This document shows positions 35,065 through 47,664 of a stretch of 64,000 bases of DNA, in pieces. This DNA is from Curvularia clavata (lineage: Eukaryota): positions 434,001 through 498,000 of the forward strand of contig CP089281.1 in assembly GCA_023920165.1 (NCBI GenBank), read 5' to 3'. Position 1 is the stretch's first letter, and each line of letters starts with the position of its first letter. The notes under the pieces are model-generated. The model was not told where the DNA came from. It saw nothing but the letters and a program-made list of their open reading frames with translations, and made no database searches. The translations under genes were made by a program, and so were the position numbers.

Positions 35065-38000
35065 ATGTCCTCATGCTTCTCGGTTCAGTCGGAGCGTATG
35101 CACTTCCGCAATCCGTTGTCACAGGTTTCCAGCAAAGTGAATACATCTGGTCAGGTTGCCGTTCGATTCCATCATAATCCAAAGCGACTTGAGCACTGGT
35201 TTAGAAATAAGCAACGCAGTTCGGTGGACAAGAAAGATGAAGCAAGTAAATCGCAGCCTTTAGGTCCCCAAAACCAATACTCAACACTGCCTCGGCCACA
35301 ACTCTGCATTGCAATTCATATTTGTGGTTCTAGAGGAGATGTACAACCGTTTATTCCGATAGCCAAGCTACTTCAAGCACCCCCACATAACCACCGCGTA
35401 CGAATATGCACACATCCAGCCTTCAAGGATTTTGTCGTAAGTAGAACAATCCTCCTCCTTGCAGCTGCACCATGCCAGAGCAACTCACGTGCTGAAGGAA
35501 AGCAATGGACTTGAATTCTTTTCTATTGGAGGCGACCCAGAAGCGCTGATGGCGTACATGGTGAAGAATCCAGGCTTGCTCCCAGGTATGGAGAGCATCA
35601 AAGCTGGGGAAATAAGTAAGAGGCGAAAGGAAATGGCTGCGATACTCGAAGGCACATGGCGTAGTTGCATCGAGGCCGGAGACGGACTAGGACCCAAGAT
35701 CACTGCATTGGACGTGGACAGCCCCAAGAGCCTGTTTCTTGCGGATGTTATCATTGCCAACCCGCCATCCATGGGCCATATCCATTGCGCGGAAAAGCTC
35801 GGGATACCTCTACACATTGTCTTCACCATGCCGTGGTCACCAACAAAAGCATTTCATCACCCGTTAGCAGCTATGGAATACGGCGACGTCGACAAGTCCA
35901 TTGCAAACTACACCAGCTTTGCTGTAATGGAGCTCATGACCTGGCAAGGGTAAGAGTTCAACTGCATTGACTCTGGCACACGACTCGGGATTCGAGATGC
36001 TGACTATACTAGACTTGGAGATATCATTAATAAATTCAGAACTCACACTTTGAAGCTCGACATAGTATGGACCATGGCACCTGTTGCAGTTTTACTTGTG
36101 CTGACCGTTTTACGATCTATAGATAAGCCCATTATGGGGTTTCCAGCTACTTCATAGGCTAAAAGTGCCTCACTCTTACCTCTGGTCCCAAGCCCTCATT
36201 CCTAAACCAGTGGATTGGCCTGCAAACATCAATGTGACAGGTTTCTCGTTTTTAAAGGCTGGTTCATTTTACACCCCGCCCGATGACCTAGTGGCATTCC
36301 TTGACAACGGACCTACTCCTATATACATTGGGTTTGGATCTATCGTTGTGGATGACCCTGCGCGCCTGACTGAGCTCATCTTTGAAGCCATCAAGCTAGT
36401 TGGAGTACGCGCCATTGTTTCAAAGGGCTGGGGAGGCATAGGTACTTCCAGGGTGCCTAAAAACATCTACATGATTGGAAACTGCCCTCACGTAAGTATA
36501 TCAAACTCACAAACCAATATCCTGTAAAATGGTGACTCATGCATATGAAGGACTGGCTCTTCCAACAGGTTTCCTGTGTTGTTCACCATGGAGGTGCAGG
36601 CACAACAGCAGCTGGTGTCGCGCTCGGGAAACCCACTGTTGTCGTACCATTCTTTGGCGACCAGCCATTTTGGGGGCAAATGATAGCCAAAGCTGGCGCT
36701 GGTCCAAAGCCCATTCCCTATAAGCAGTTGACATCGCAAGGCTTGGCCGAATGTATCAAGTTTGCGTTAAGACCTGAAGTTGGCATTGCTGTCAGGAACA
36801 TGGCGTCTCGCATTGCAGAAGAGGATGGAGCGGCCGAGACAGTGCGTGACATTGAGCGTGCACTAAGGATAGATGAGATGAGATGTCACATCTGCCCTGA
36901 TCGCCTCGCGGTGTGGAAAGACAAGAAGTCTGGGCTCCACCTCAGTGGCCTCGCCGCATGTGTGCTGGCTAAGCAACGACTTATACATCCGAAACAACTA
37001 CGCCTGTAAGTAGCACATAGTAGTTCTTACGTCTGGGGAAATTCACTAAAGGCTGACATTTTCTAGACTTCGCCATAGACACTGGTGTACGACCGCATCT
37101 ACAGTTTTCGAAATACACATGCTAACAAGAGTAGACGTCCACGAAGGCGCCGAAGCACCTCTCATCGGTGCGGCCGCGGCAGCTTCCAGCTTCTTCACTA
37201 ACCTCGCCATCAACACTTCGGACTTTTCCCACCGTCTGCAAAGAAAATCCACTCAAATCACTCACCCAGAAACAACAAACAACAATGCAAAGAAAGAGCA
37301 GATGGATGACCAAGCTCTAGAACAAGTTCTAACTTCTGCTCATCTGGCCAAACTAGCAAACAGAATGGCCTGTAAATCATATGAGGACGATTGGCAAGCA
37401 AATCTTGAAACGGGACCTGAACTACGAGGGACCGCAAAGATACACGCTCTCCTAGCCGCAAGGGAGGCCGACCATGGACGTGTCTCTCAAGTAGCCAGTG
37501 CAACGCTTCACTATGCCGGAGACCTGACCAAGACGGGTCTGAAAGGTAAGTTTCGAGTGTGTTTGAAGAGGGGTATCCTTTGGCGTCAGAAATGCTCATT
37601 GCAATCAGCCCCAGTAGCATTCTTCTACAACGTAGCCAACGGCTTTCGCAACCTTCCCTCGTACTATATAACCACCGAAGAGCATCGTCGACGCGACGAG
37701 ATTGCCGGTCTAAGCAGTGGACTCAGTGTCGCTGGAAAGGTTCGCCTCATTCCTTCTCACCACCAAAGATACCGGAGCAGCTTTTCTAACAGGAAACCCT
37801 CAATCTTCTAGGAGCTCGGGCTGGGGATATACGAAGCTTTCAGCGGGCTGGTAAAGCAACCTTATCTCGGTGCCAAGCTTGAAGGGCCACTGGGCATTCC
37901 AAAAGGCCTGGGGCGAGGTGTGTTAGGATTTGGTTGTCATACGTTAGCTGGTAAGCCTCTACGCAATTACAAAAGCTTCGAGCCCTTCGTTCTCAAGAAC

Positions 38001-38224
38001 CGGTTTTCCTGACGTGGTGTATAGCAATATGGGGTTTACCTGGTTATGCGCTCAAAGGTGTCGAGTGCGCACTGTCGAAAAACAGTCTTACTACGCTTCA
38101 AGCGGAACTGTATCTCATCAGGCTGCGGCAGGGCGCCCATGACTTGATGGAGGCGACACCGCAAGAAAGAGACAAAGTGATCACTACGTGGACTGCTTTG
38201 CAAAGCTCAAACCAGAGCAACTAG
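35065..38224 (+). CDS. Glycosyltransferase family 1, sterol 3-beta-glucosyltransferase-like (multi-intron)
   Basis: [66 protein letters not shown]; start codon uncertain; stop TAG 38222-38224. Confidence 0.9.
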
Positions 38225-39377
38225 GGGGAGCTTGCCATTTTGTATTTGAAGTTCTTGGGTAAGATTAGATGGTCTCAAGCTACTACATAATGATAGGATA
38301 ATTGGCGATCAAATACGATCAGAAAATCAGCACAGTAGATAGACAACTCACATACTTACTCGAATGAGAAAAAAAGCACATTTGCCAGTGCGACTCTCGT
38401 GCCGAATCAAGCATGCACAATTCGCAACAAGATGACAAGTGATAGGCTCAGTTGAGAAGAGATAGATGGATACTACTCGGAAGGCCTATCCTAACTATGA
38501 TATATATTCACGTTCATCTCTACCTTCGATTATCTCAGAGCCTATTAATGCAACATGCTCTAAACCAAGCCTAGTCATGGCGGAATAGGAAAAAAAGAGA
38601 GAAGAGTAAAACAGTTGAGCTGGCAGAAGCTCCTGTGCAAAATAGACCCAAGTTGACGCCTACGCCTACGCCTACTGATGCGTAAGTCACGCAAGGAAAG
38701 GAGGAAGAAAAAACAACAACAAAAAACTGTGGTAGGGTAGCACAGACAAAGTCATTACTGAATCGTCCATCACAGCTCCGAGATAATCAAGTTGGATTAT
38801 CAATTTCACGATGAAAGCCGATGAGAATGTCCAGAGAAGGAAGAACAGTCGTCAAGACATACCAGATGCTAGTCGAGTTTAGATCATGCCTGAGGTACAC
38901 ATGGCCGATGCGGAGTCCAGAGTCGGAGAAGCCGATATAATTTAGAAGAGGCTTAGGGAGCATAGGCTCCTCAAGTGCTCCCTGCCCTTCCAATTCCTGC
39001 TCCTTTGGTCTTCGCTCGACAATGCAGCACCATGCAGACACATGATCTGCAAAAGCAACAACCCGCTCAGGTTGGTGGATAATGTAGTAGACTCGCCTTT
39101 GGTGTTTCCCCAAGTGATTGATCTACCATTTCCACATGTCTTGGAAGGGGGCATGACGGCACTGTTGTCTCGACTGCTCAGTTCTTTCCATCTGGATTTC
39201 TTCCATACACAGCGAGGCTGTTGGCTGAGGTCGCGTGTGTCCGACTCGTCTGTCTTCATGGCATCATTTGCAAGATTAGAAGATATACGCGTTTGCAGTA
39301 CCAACGTAGTTCTCGCCAAATTTGCAAATGAAGAGGACGGAGTACTACAAGTACCCTTTGCGCGAGTAAAAAAAAAA

Positions 39378-41114
39378 TTAGTAACTTTGAGGTGCATAGT
39401 GTGCAGGCTGTGAGGTGTGTCAGTATGGCTACATGTACGATATGGAGTCCTGAATGGCACAAAATTTCAGGAATCCTGAGTAGGATACGTACCGGTGAGT
39501 TGAGCATGCTTTGGCGCTTGTTCCTGCTCTTTTTAATGTGGCTCTTCAGTGCACTCGAGTCGAGAGGCTTGAGAAGCTCAAAACTGCAGAGCAATTCGCC
39601 CGAAACCGACATGACGGCACCCCAATTGTCGAATTCGCCGCAGTACTGTCACAGGTCAGCCGTGTTTTCTTAATCGAGTGGCTATAAAAATGACTTACGT
39701 TTGGTGCTGAAAACACAGTCACCAATACCCGGTCGGTAAAAAACTCGTAGCCGTCTTCTACAACCATGTGGGCTCTGCAAACCAAGTCGAAATCGTGTCG
39801 GGCGAGGAACTCCATAATGACCTTTTTCCCAAAGCAGTAGCTAACTCCCCGTTCGTTGGATTCCCAATCATTCTCCATGTCGGCCGGATCGCTCCACAAC
39901 AAGTCGTTGAGCAAGCCATAGTCTGGTACGTCTGTAGGTCGGGCAATCTGCCTGATGTCATCCATGTGAGACAGACTGGGGGACAGTCCTCCATGTACAC
40001 AGAAAATCTTCTGTGCTACAATGGCCGCAATGGGCAGCGTATTGAAGGTATCAACAAAGGCTTTCCAAACCTTGATGTTGCACCTCCTCTTGCATTCGTC
40101 GTAGAAACCGTAGACGCGAGTCACATTTGCGCATTCGTGGTTGCCACGCAGGAGGAAGAAGTTCTCTGGGAACTTGAGCTTATAGCAGAGGAGTAAGAGA
40201 ATGGTTTCCAGACTCTGCTTGCCGCGGTCGACGTAGTCGCCCAGAAATAGGTAGTTTGAGTTTGGTGGGAAGCCGCACATTTCGAACATGCGGATCAAGT
40301 CGGTGTACTGTCCGTGGATATCGCCCACAATCTTGACCGGGGCGGCGAGTTCGAGCAAAGCGGGCTGGCTTAAAAAGACCTCGCGGGCTGCTGAACAAAT
40401 GGCGAAGATCTCTGCGTTCTTCAAGCTGACCGTCTTGGTGACCTTTCCAGCATAGGCAGCGTCGAGCAGTCGCTGAATCATGTCGTCAAGATCCATTGTT
40501 TTGAGGGCGCTAATTTCCATGGGCGAGCCCGAGCCATCTGCGGGCGCGGCTGGCTCTGGCAGCCTGGGAATGGGTTGATCTTTCTTCTGCAGAATCGACT
40601 CGCCCGGCTGAGCAGAGGCTGAAGGTTGTACAGTTCCAGTCGGCGGAACATCGGAAACATGGTCGACCTCGCCAGTTCGCTGAGCTTTTGTCACACCTTG
40701 GTGACCTGTGCCAACGGTTGCACCATGGACCGGCGAGGGCGGTGCTTGGGGTTCGTCGGCGTCGGATTCGGGCTTTTCCGTGGGTTCGGTCGAGCCGTCG
40801 GCGGGGGGAGAGGCGGGAGGCGGGGCGGGTGCTGAAGCTATGGAGTTGCGCCGTGAGCCCTTTGACTTTGTCGAAGCAGCATCCGACTTGTCCAGCTTGC
40901 CGTTGGCGTCGCTGATGGCGGAAACCGAGTTTCGTGGGCTGTCGGATTTGGCGGTGCCGGGGATCTTGTTTCGCAGCGAGTTGCGCAGCGAGCGAGTTGA
41001 GTCCTTTGTGTCTGATCTCTCAAAAGAACGGTAGTATTCGCGACCCAGGGGAACGCCGTCGGCACCGGCCTTGTCGCCCTTCTTATCCTTGGTGCTGGAC
41101 TGCTGGTTACCCAT
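39378..41114 (-). CDS. ppz1: Serine/threonine protein phosphatase PP-Z
   Basis: Myristoylation-type MGNQQSS, low-complexity N-terminus, GDIHG, GDYVDRG, RGNHE, FSAPN/YCGEF across an intron; last exon 39407-39378 PAHYAPQSY. Confidence 0.95.
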
Positions 41115-42284
41115 GGTGGCTGCGAGGGTAACGAGGCAAAGGAAAAGAGCGTGTTGAGGTAGGTCGTGGGGGGGTTTGAAACCAAGAAGAAGTGCAGCGG
41201 CAAGGCGATGGTAGCGTGGCTGCGTGTGTCTCGGGTGGGCAGGAGCGATGACGGCAGGCGTCGAGGCAGATAGCGGGGCGGTTGTGTGGTGCTATGTGTC
41301 GTGGGCGGCAAGAGGCTGAAGTCGTGTTAAGGCGGCCGGTAGAGGCGAGCGAGAAAAGAGAGGAAGCGGGCCTCCGTCGGCGCAGTCGTAATCTGCCTGG
41401 ACAAACCGGGGCAGATGAGGCTAGGCAGGGCGACGGGGGAGTGGTTGTCTTCCAGCGTGCGCGCCAGAGCGGTGGTGGGTAGTGGCAGCGGCAGTGGGCG
41501 TGTTCGTCTTGGTGGGCAAGCAAGCAAGCAAGCAAGCAGGCGTGGGCAGCGGCGATAACAATGGTTTGGTTTGTACTAGTAGTAGGTTGGCTAGCAGGGC
41601 GGGGGAAGCGATGTCAGCCGCAACGTCCAGTCGACGTAGCCTCTGCCGTGTGGTTGAATGGCAGGCGAAGGCTGCTGACTAGTAGCAGCTCCGACAGCCG
41701 CGACGGCGCCGCGATAATCCACGCAAGCGGGGCTGTAGCACGGTACGGACCAAGCACAGTGGCGTCAGCAGACGTCGAGAGACGAGCGTGGGCGAGAGAG
41801 GGCGAAAGAGGGCGAGGCCGACGACGAGACCAAGGCGGAGAGAAGAGAAAATCCCAGCCCAGCCCAGCCCGGCCCAGCTTCGACCGCGACACCGCGCCAA
41901 GATTTTGGGCCACGCCTTTGCATCACAGAGTACTACATACAAGCACAATATACCGCATGGCTCCACCGTCACCAGTCCGCACGAGCTGCTTGCTTCCCAC
42001 TCGACAAGTCGTGCCGTTGCGGCAATTTTGCCATGCGCTGCCCAAAGGGGGACTGGTCATCAGGCTGCTCTTCACGCACACACCACCACATGTTTCAAGC
42101 GAGCCGTTTTTTTTTTCTCTTAACGTCGCTTTCACACCGACATTTTGTATTCATGACACCATAACCCCCTCCAACTCTGGCCTCAGGTCGCCCGTCCAAG
42201 CCGTGGCGCCAAGGGCGGAACTCTTGGGTGCCCTGACCCCTCTGCTCTCTCTCTCTCTCTCTCCAACCGTGCATGCTCCGACTT

Positions 42285-44003
42285 TTACAGCTTGGTACCT
42301 AGATTGACATGGATGGCCTGGCCCCATTGTTAGCACCTACATGATACAACAAACGGTCCGACTTACCTTTTTGTGTGTATATGCCTCGAGCCCAGCTTCG
42401 CCTAGCTCCTTTCCAATTCCGCTTTGCTTGACCCCTCCAAATGGAACCCGCAAATCAGAGTCGTTGCTCGAATTGATCCAAACCATGCCTGCTTCGATTC
42501 GTCGCGCCACGCGGTGCGCCTTGGTAATGTTCTCCGTAAATACCGCTGCCCCGAGACCGTACGTGGTATCGTTGGCACGTCTAATTGCCTCTTCCTCCTC
42601 CTTGAACGAGCTGATGACCACAAACGGGCCAAACACCTCCTCACGATAGATGGACATTGTGTCCTTTACGTCTGTGAAAATAGTGGGTGCAATGAAGAAG
42701 CCCTTGCCCCCCACGTTCTTGTACGCCTCTCCACCAGCAACCAGCGTGGCACCCTCTGATTTACCTGCCTCAACGTACGAGAGAACGCGATCAAACTGCG
42801 CCTTGGTCACCTGTGGTCCCTGGAACGTCTCGTCCTTGAACGGATCTCCAACCACAGACGTCGTCTTTACATGTTGCTTGAAAGCTTCGACAAACTTTTC
42901 GTAAATTCCCTCCTGCACCAGTACCCTCGATGTCGCCGTGCACACTTGGCCTTGGTTGTACCTGCACCCATTAGTAAAAGACAATACCATCACCAACCCC
43001 GCTTACATGATGCCAGTATGTGTCCACTTGACTGCTTGGTCCAGGTCGGCGTCATCGAAGATGATCAACGGTGACTTTCCTCCAGTTTCGAGTGTGATGT
43101 TCTTCATGGTGCCAGCAGCCATCTTCATAATCTCTTTCCCCGTTGCCGTGGATCCAGTAAAGGCAATCTTATCCACATCAGGATGCTGAGTTAACGCAGC
43201 ACCGGCTTTCCTACCCTCTCCGTTGATGAAGTTGACCACACCAGGAGGGAAGCCAGCTTCCTTGACAAGGTACCCCAGGTACAAGATAGAAAGGGGCGTC
43301 TGTTCAGCCGCCTTCATGACTACCGTGTTACCAGTGCAAAGGGCAGGTCCAAGCTTCCAGGCCGCCATAGCTAGAGGGAAGTTCCATCTGGACAAAGTCA
43401 ATCTTTTTTCTTCGTCTGGGGTTGCTTGTACACGGAGGACAAGATAACATACGGAATAATCTGGCCACAGACACCGACTGGTTCTCGGATAGTGTATGCT
43501 AGCTTAAGCGGTGATGTGTTAATGACGGTACCGTGGATCTTGTTGGCATATCCTGCATAGTACTTGATGACGCCGACAACCTCACTCAAGTCATCGTTGA
43601 GCGAGACTTGGTAAGGCTTGCCATTGTCCCACGTCTCAATCGTGGCCAAGGTCTCTCTGTGCTCATCAATCAATTGCGCAAATTTGTACAACATGTCGGC
43701 ACGAGCATTCGAGTCCATGTCACGCCATTCAGGGTTATGGAGAGCTTTGCGTGCGGCTGCTACCGCAATGTCGACATCTTCTGGGCCAGCCGCATAGACG
43801 GAGACAATCTCGGTCTCATCCCTGAGCCAGCATTAGCTCATCTTAGACAGCAAAGACGGAGGGAAGAGGCCGTACGTGGGATTGATGGTGGAGATTGTCT
43901 CGCCCGACTTGGACTTGACAAACTCGTTGTTGATGAAGAGGCCTCTTGGCTGCTTGTATTTGCGGCCATTTGGCGCAGTGAGGTCGGCAAAGAGGTCAGA
44001 CAT
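42285..44003 (-). CDS. NAD-dependent aldehyde dehydrogenase (multi-intron)
   Basis: [37 protein letters not shown] catalytic Cys, [15 protein letters not shown]; final exon [10 protein letters not shown]. Confidence 0.95.
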
Positions 44004-44786
44004 GTTGTTTTGGGTAGTATAAAGCCTCCAAGTCGGACGCAGACTAGTTCTCGGAACCCTGTGTACAGATGGTCTGGGGAAAGAAAGCAAAGTGTGAGGG
44101 CGAAGGGAAAGCCGGGTCAAGGCAGAGTAGAGACAGGACATGTCTTATATGGGCGAGGGGCTTGGCTGGCTGGCTATCTATACGCTGCAGACGTGTGGTT
44201 GCGCCTACCCTACCCTACCTGTGATGATTAACGGAACTGCTATCGGCACCTGTGGACCCCGCGATGAAGCCGCTGGGGCTAGCCCGACCGCATACAACTG
44301 CCTCTTTTAGACGAGTGCCTGGTATCTGGCTTCCGCTGTGGCTTCTCGGTCAGCACTATGCGACTACACTGCCAGACTGTGCGCCATCACACGCTGCAAT
44401 GAGCGCACCCTCGAGCACGCTGGTCGGATAACGCTTCCAGCAGTCGTGGTGCTCAACCGCCCGCCATTGGCAGACAGCAGCGGAAGCTACCCCACCTTGC
44501 TTCCGCCGCGCGTCATTGTACATGTCGACCTTCAATCTCTCTCCCCGCACGCCGATCTCTGTGCACAGAAGAAGAAAAAAAGAAAAGAGAGAGAGAGAGA
44601 GAGCAGCCCTGTTAGTGGCCACCTGCCTAGCGCCCAGTCAGATCCAGTGAAGCCTTTGGAAAAGAAACCCACGGAACCACCAAAAATGTCAGCAATCACA
44701 AAGAGAATCATAAAGGTCCGCGTGCTCAATCATCGCAGATTCTGTCCAAGCTGCCCCTCCTAATTCACCCGTATCCTATACTCGAC

Positions 44787-45563
44787 ATGGCCAACGACCC
44801 ACCACCTGCCTCGTCCCACGACGCCGAACGCCCCGATGCCTCAATCGACGTTGCTCACTCGCTCCAGTATTGGAATAGCGTCTCGGCCGATGTGAACGGC
44901 ATGCTTGGCCTTGCTGGCTTCCCCCAAACCTCACGCATCGATTTGCAAGGCTCCTCCAACTTCCTCACCAAACTGCGCCGTGGCAGAATGCAGGCCGCAT
45001 CCAAAGACCCACTGCCACCGTTGCAGCGTGCCGCCGACTGCGGCGCGGGCATTGGTCGTATCACAAAGGGTCTGCTGCTGGGCGTGAGCGAAAAGGTTGA
45101 TGTCGTTGAGCCGGTCAAGAAGTTCACCGACGAGCTGGCACAAAGCTTGGCCAACGAGGAACAAAAAAAGGGAAGCGGCCAGTTGGGCCAAATCATCAAT
45201 CTGGGTCTGCAGGATTGGGTACCAGAGCCCGGCACGTACGATCTCATTTGGAATCAATGGTGCCTTGGACACTTGACTGATGCACAATTGGTTGTGTATC
45301 TGCAGCGGTGCAAGCAAGGACTCAAGCTAGCAATAGAAGGAGATAACGCAACCAGAAGCTGGATCGTAGTCAAGGAGAACATGTCGACAAACGTCAGGCA
45401 CCAGGACATTTACGACGACGAGGACTCAAGCGTTACCCGCTCAGACACAAAGTTCCGCACCCTCTTTCAGAAGGCAGGACTGAAGGTTGTTGCTACAGAG
45501 CAGCAGAGAGGACTGACAAGAGGGCTGTTTCCCGTGCGAATGTACGCACTCAGGCCAGAGTGA
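44787..45563 (+). CDS. tae1: Alpha N-terminal protein methyltransferase 1 (NTM1/Tae1)
   Basis: YW...VNGMLG, DLQGS, DCGAGIGRITK, DLIWNQWCLGHLTD, VVKEN, DDEDSSVTRSD, LFPVRMYAL. Confidence 0.95.
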   Translation: MANDPPPASSHDAERPDASIDVAHSLQYWNSVSADVNGMLGLAGFPQTSRIDLQGSSNFLTKLRRGRMQAASKDPLPPLQRAADCGAGIGRITKGLLLGVSEKVDVVEPVKKFTDELAQSLANEEQKKGSGQLGQIINLGLQDWVPEPGTYDLIWNQWCLGHLTDAQLVVYLQRCKQGLKLAIEGDNATRSWIVVKENMSTNVRHQDIYDDEDSSVTRSDTKFRTLFQKAGLKVVATEQQRGLTRGLFPVRMYALRPE

Positions 45564-45677
45564 CCGTACCTCATGCAATTTTGATACCCAAACATGTATG
45601 TATTAAACGTGCAATAGCGCTCCCACCAGACATTAGCTCCCGTCACCGTGAATGCCATCAATTCTTTCATGACCAGC

Positions 45678-46951
45678 TTACACCTCGCCTGTCTCTGCAA
45701 ATCTTTGCACCACTCCCAGCGAAAACACGGGCACGCCTTGCACAGGTTGGTGAACAGGCAATTTCCCCACCACAACCTTCTTCTTCTTCATCAACACCTT
45801 TGGCTTGGTAGCATCATCATCCCCTGCTCCCTGACCTCCAGATGTGTCCATGACATCCTCAAACTCCTCTTCTTCCTCTTCCTCCTCATCCCCCTGTTCC
45901 TCGTCTTCGTCCTCTTCTTCCTCGCCATCATTGGCGTCTTGCGCATCTTCTGCAGGGAAACTAGCTGGATACGTTCGGCGCAGGTATTTCATATCAAACA
46001 CTTCTTGATGTGCATGCTGCCAGAGATCCTTGATCGCGTCTCCCGAAAGCACATCCTTGACGCGCTTTGTAGGTATCGCTTCTGAATCTAGCCTCTCCGA
46101 CTCTGCAACTTCATCCTCATCTTCTTCATCTTGTTTTTCGCCCTCTTGCTTAGTATTTGCATTGCCCTTTTTCATGTCAATTCCCCATTCTTCTGGGACG
46201 TATAGCCACTCTCCTGCTTTCCTAATCTTATCTTCTACCCACGCTTCCTCCATGGGCTCTAGCCTCTTCCTCAGTAACGTCCCCGCCATGCCCGCCGCCA
46301 TGCCGCCTCCAGCATTCATTGGGTACAGCGGATTCGGGAATGGATGCAGGGCTTGGAATTTCTCCGTGTTGGTCGGCAAAGGCTGTGTTGCAATCAGTCG
46401 CCGCCTGACGTCGCGTTCAACAAACACCTCGTTGCCGCCTGCATCGAGAACAGGGTTGCCAGCCGCATCCTTGGATGGCATGCGCTGTTTCTGGGTAACA
46501 AGTTTGTTCTGATGGCGAAATCCCCCGTTGATGAGAAGGTGGATAGAAGTAATATAGTTGGTCACCATGGTGGTAGCACGATGGATTTGAGGCCTTCAAG
46601 CGACGTATTAGCTGTCCTGTTTGATTGCGCCTTCTCAATAGAACAAACACGCTGGAAAATGAGAACTATTTTTGGGAGGTTTTTTTGTGCGTTTGCGCGC
46701 AGAAAGCACGTATCTAGTGAAAGAAACGTGTATGACATACGCCCCAACTGGACAGTGACACCGCTTCGAGAATCCCACCAGGACAACAACACCCATACTT
46801 ACCAATTCACAGCCTCTCCTCGGCTCAGCTTAAATTGCATCTCAACTTGCAGCCGTTCCATGGTCGAAATCATCGGCATCAGCTGACTACGCAACTGATC
46901 TAGTAGTCTGATATCATCTCGATCCGGCGCGCCCTGGAAGTTTGCATTCAT
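45678..46951 (-). CDS. med8: Probable Mediator subunit Med8; intron 46594-46802
   Basis: N-terminal LDQLRSQL helix, HPFPNPLYP, GTLLRKRLEPMEEAWV resemble fungal Med8; acidic C-terminus. Confidence 0.65.
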
Positions 46952-47664
46952 CTTTGTCTCGTTTTCCCGCTCTTGCTTCCTGTACAAACTTCGACTTGCT
47001 GGTGCTCTGGTTAAGGACTTTCTACGCCAGAGCTCAATCGTATTTTGTCGAGGATATGAGTGGTTAGATGCAGCAAAGAGTGGAGTAGAATGAAGGTAGA
47101 CGCCCCGAGGGTGCTGGAAGCGGATTGGTTAGAGGTCTGAGCAAGCTGCGCTTAACGGGATTTGGGTTAGTTCGCTTGGCAGAGAAGAGAGGGCTTGCAT
47201 GAAGAGATAGAAATCCATACTAGTTGGAAATTATTCATTCTTCGTATCAGTTTGGCCGTTGAATATCGTATCTACATATATCAAGTTTGTCCGTCGTATG
47301 AACATGCCTGGGTATTATGTCCACCAATCCACCCTTTCCTCAGTCACCCCGAAAATTGTCCATTGCCAGCAAGTTCCAATCCGGCCAAAGAAAAGTTCAA
47401 ACAGAGACCTTGTCGAACACACTGATTATGTACCCAGGCTTGCGCCATTCTGTTGTAGTAATTGTAATGGTGTTAAGTTGTCGTTTTGTCATGCAGAGTT
47501 CGAATCGAACGAGGGAGGGTATAAGGAAATGTCAGTCGCTTGAACGCAGCAGAACACTGAAAAGGAAGAAGCCCCCCCAAAAAAAGATGAAACTCATTAT
47601 GAGTAGTAAAGTTGTAACAGTCTCCGGGACCTTGGGAGCACAGCTCCAAAGAAACGAAGAATGA

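Noticed and set aside
36050..36165. Suspected frameshift/stop in the GT1 gene
   Set aside because: Resolved by a GT-AG intron (36065-36122) restoring ISPLWGFQ in frame
41107..42307. Several overlapping GC-rich ORFs upstream of ppz1
   Set aside because: Low-complexity promoter/UTR sequence with microsatellites; no coding signature
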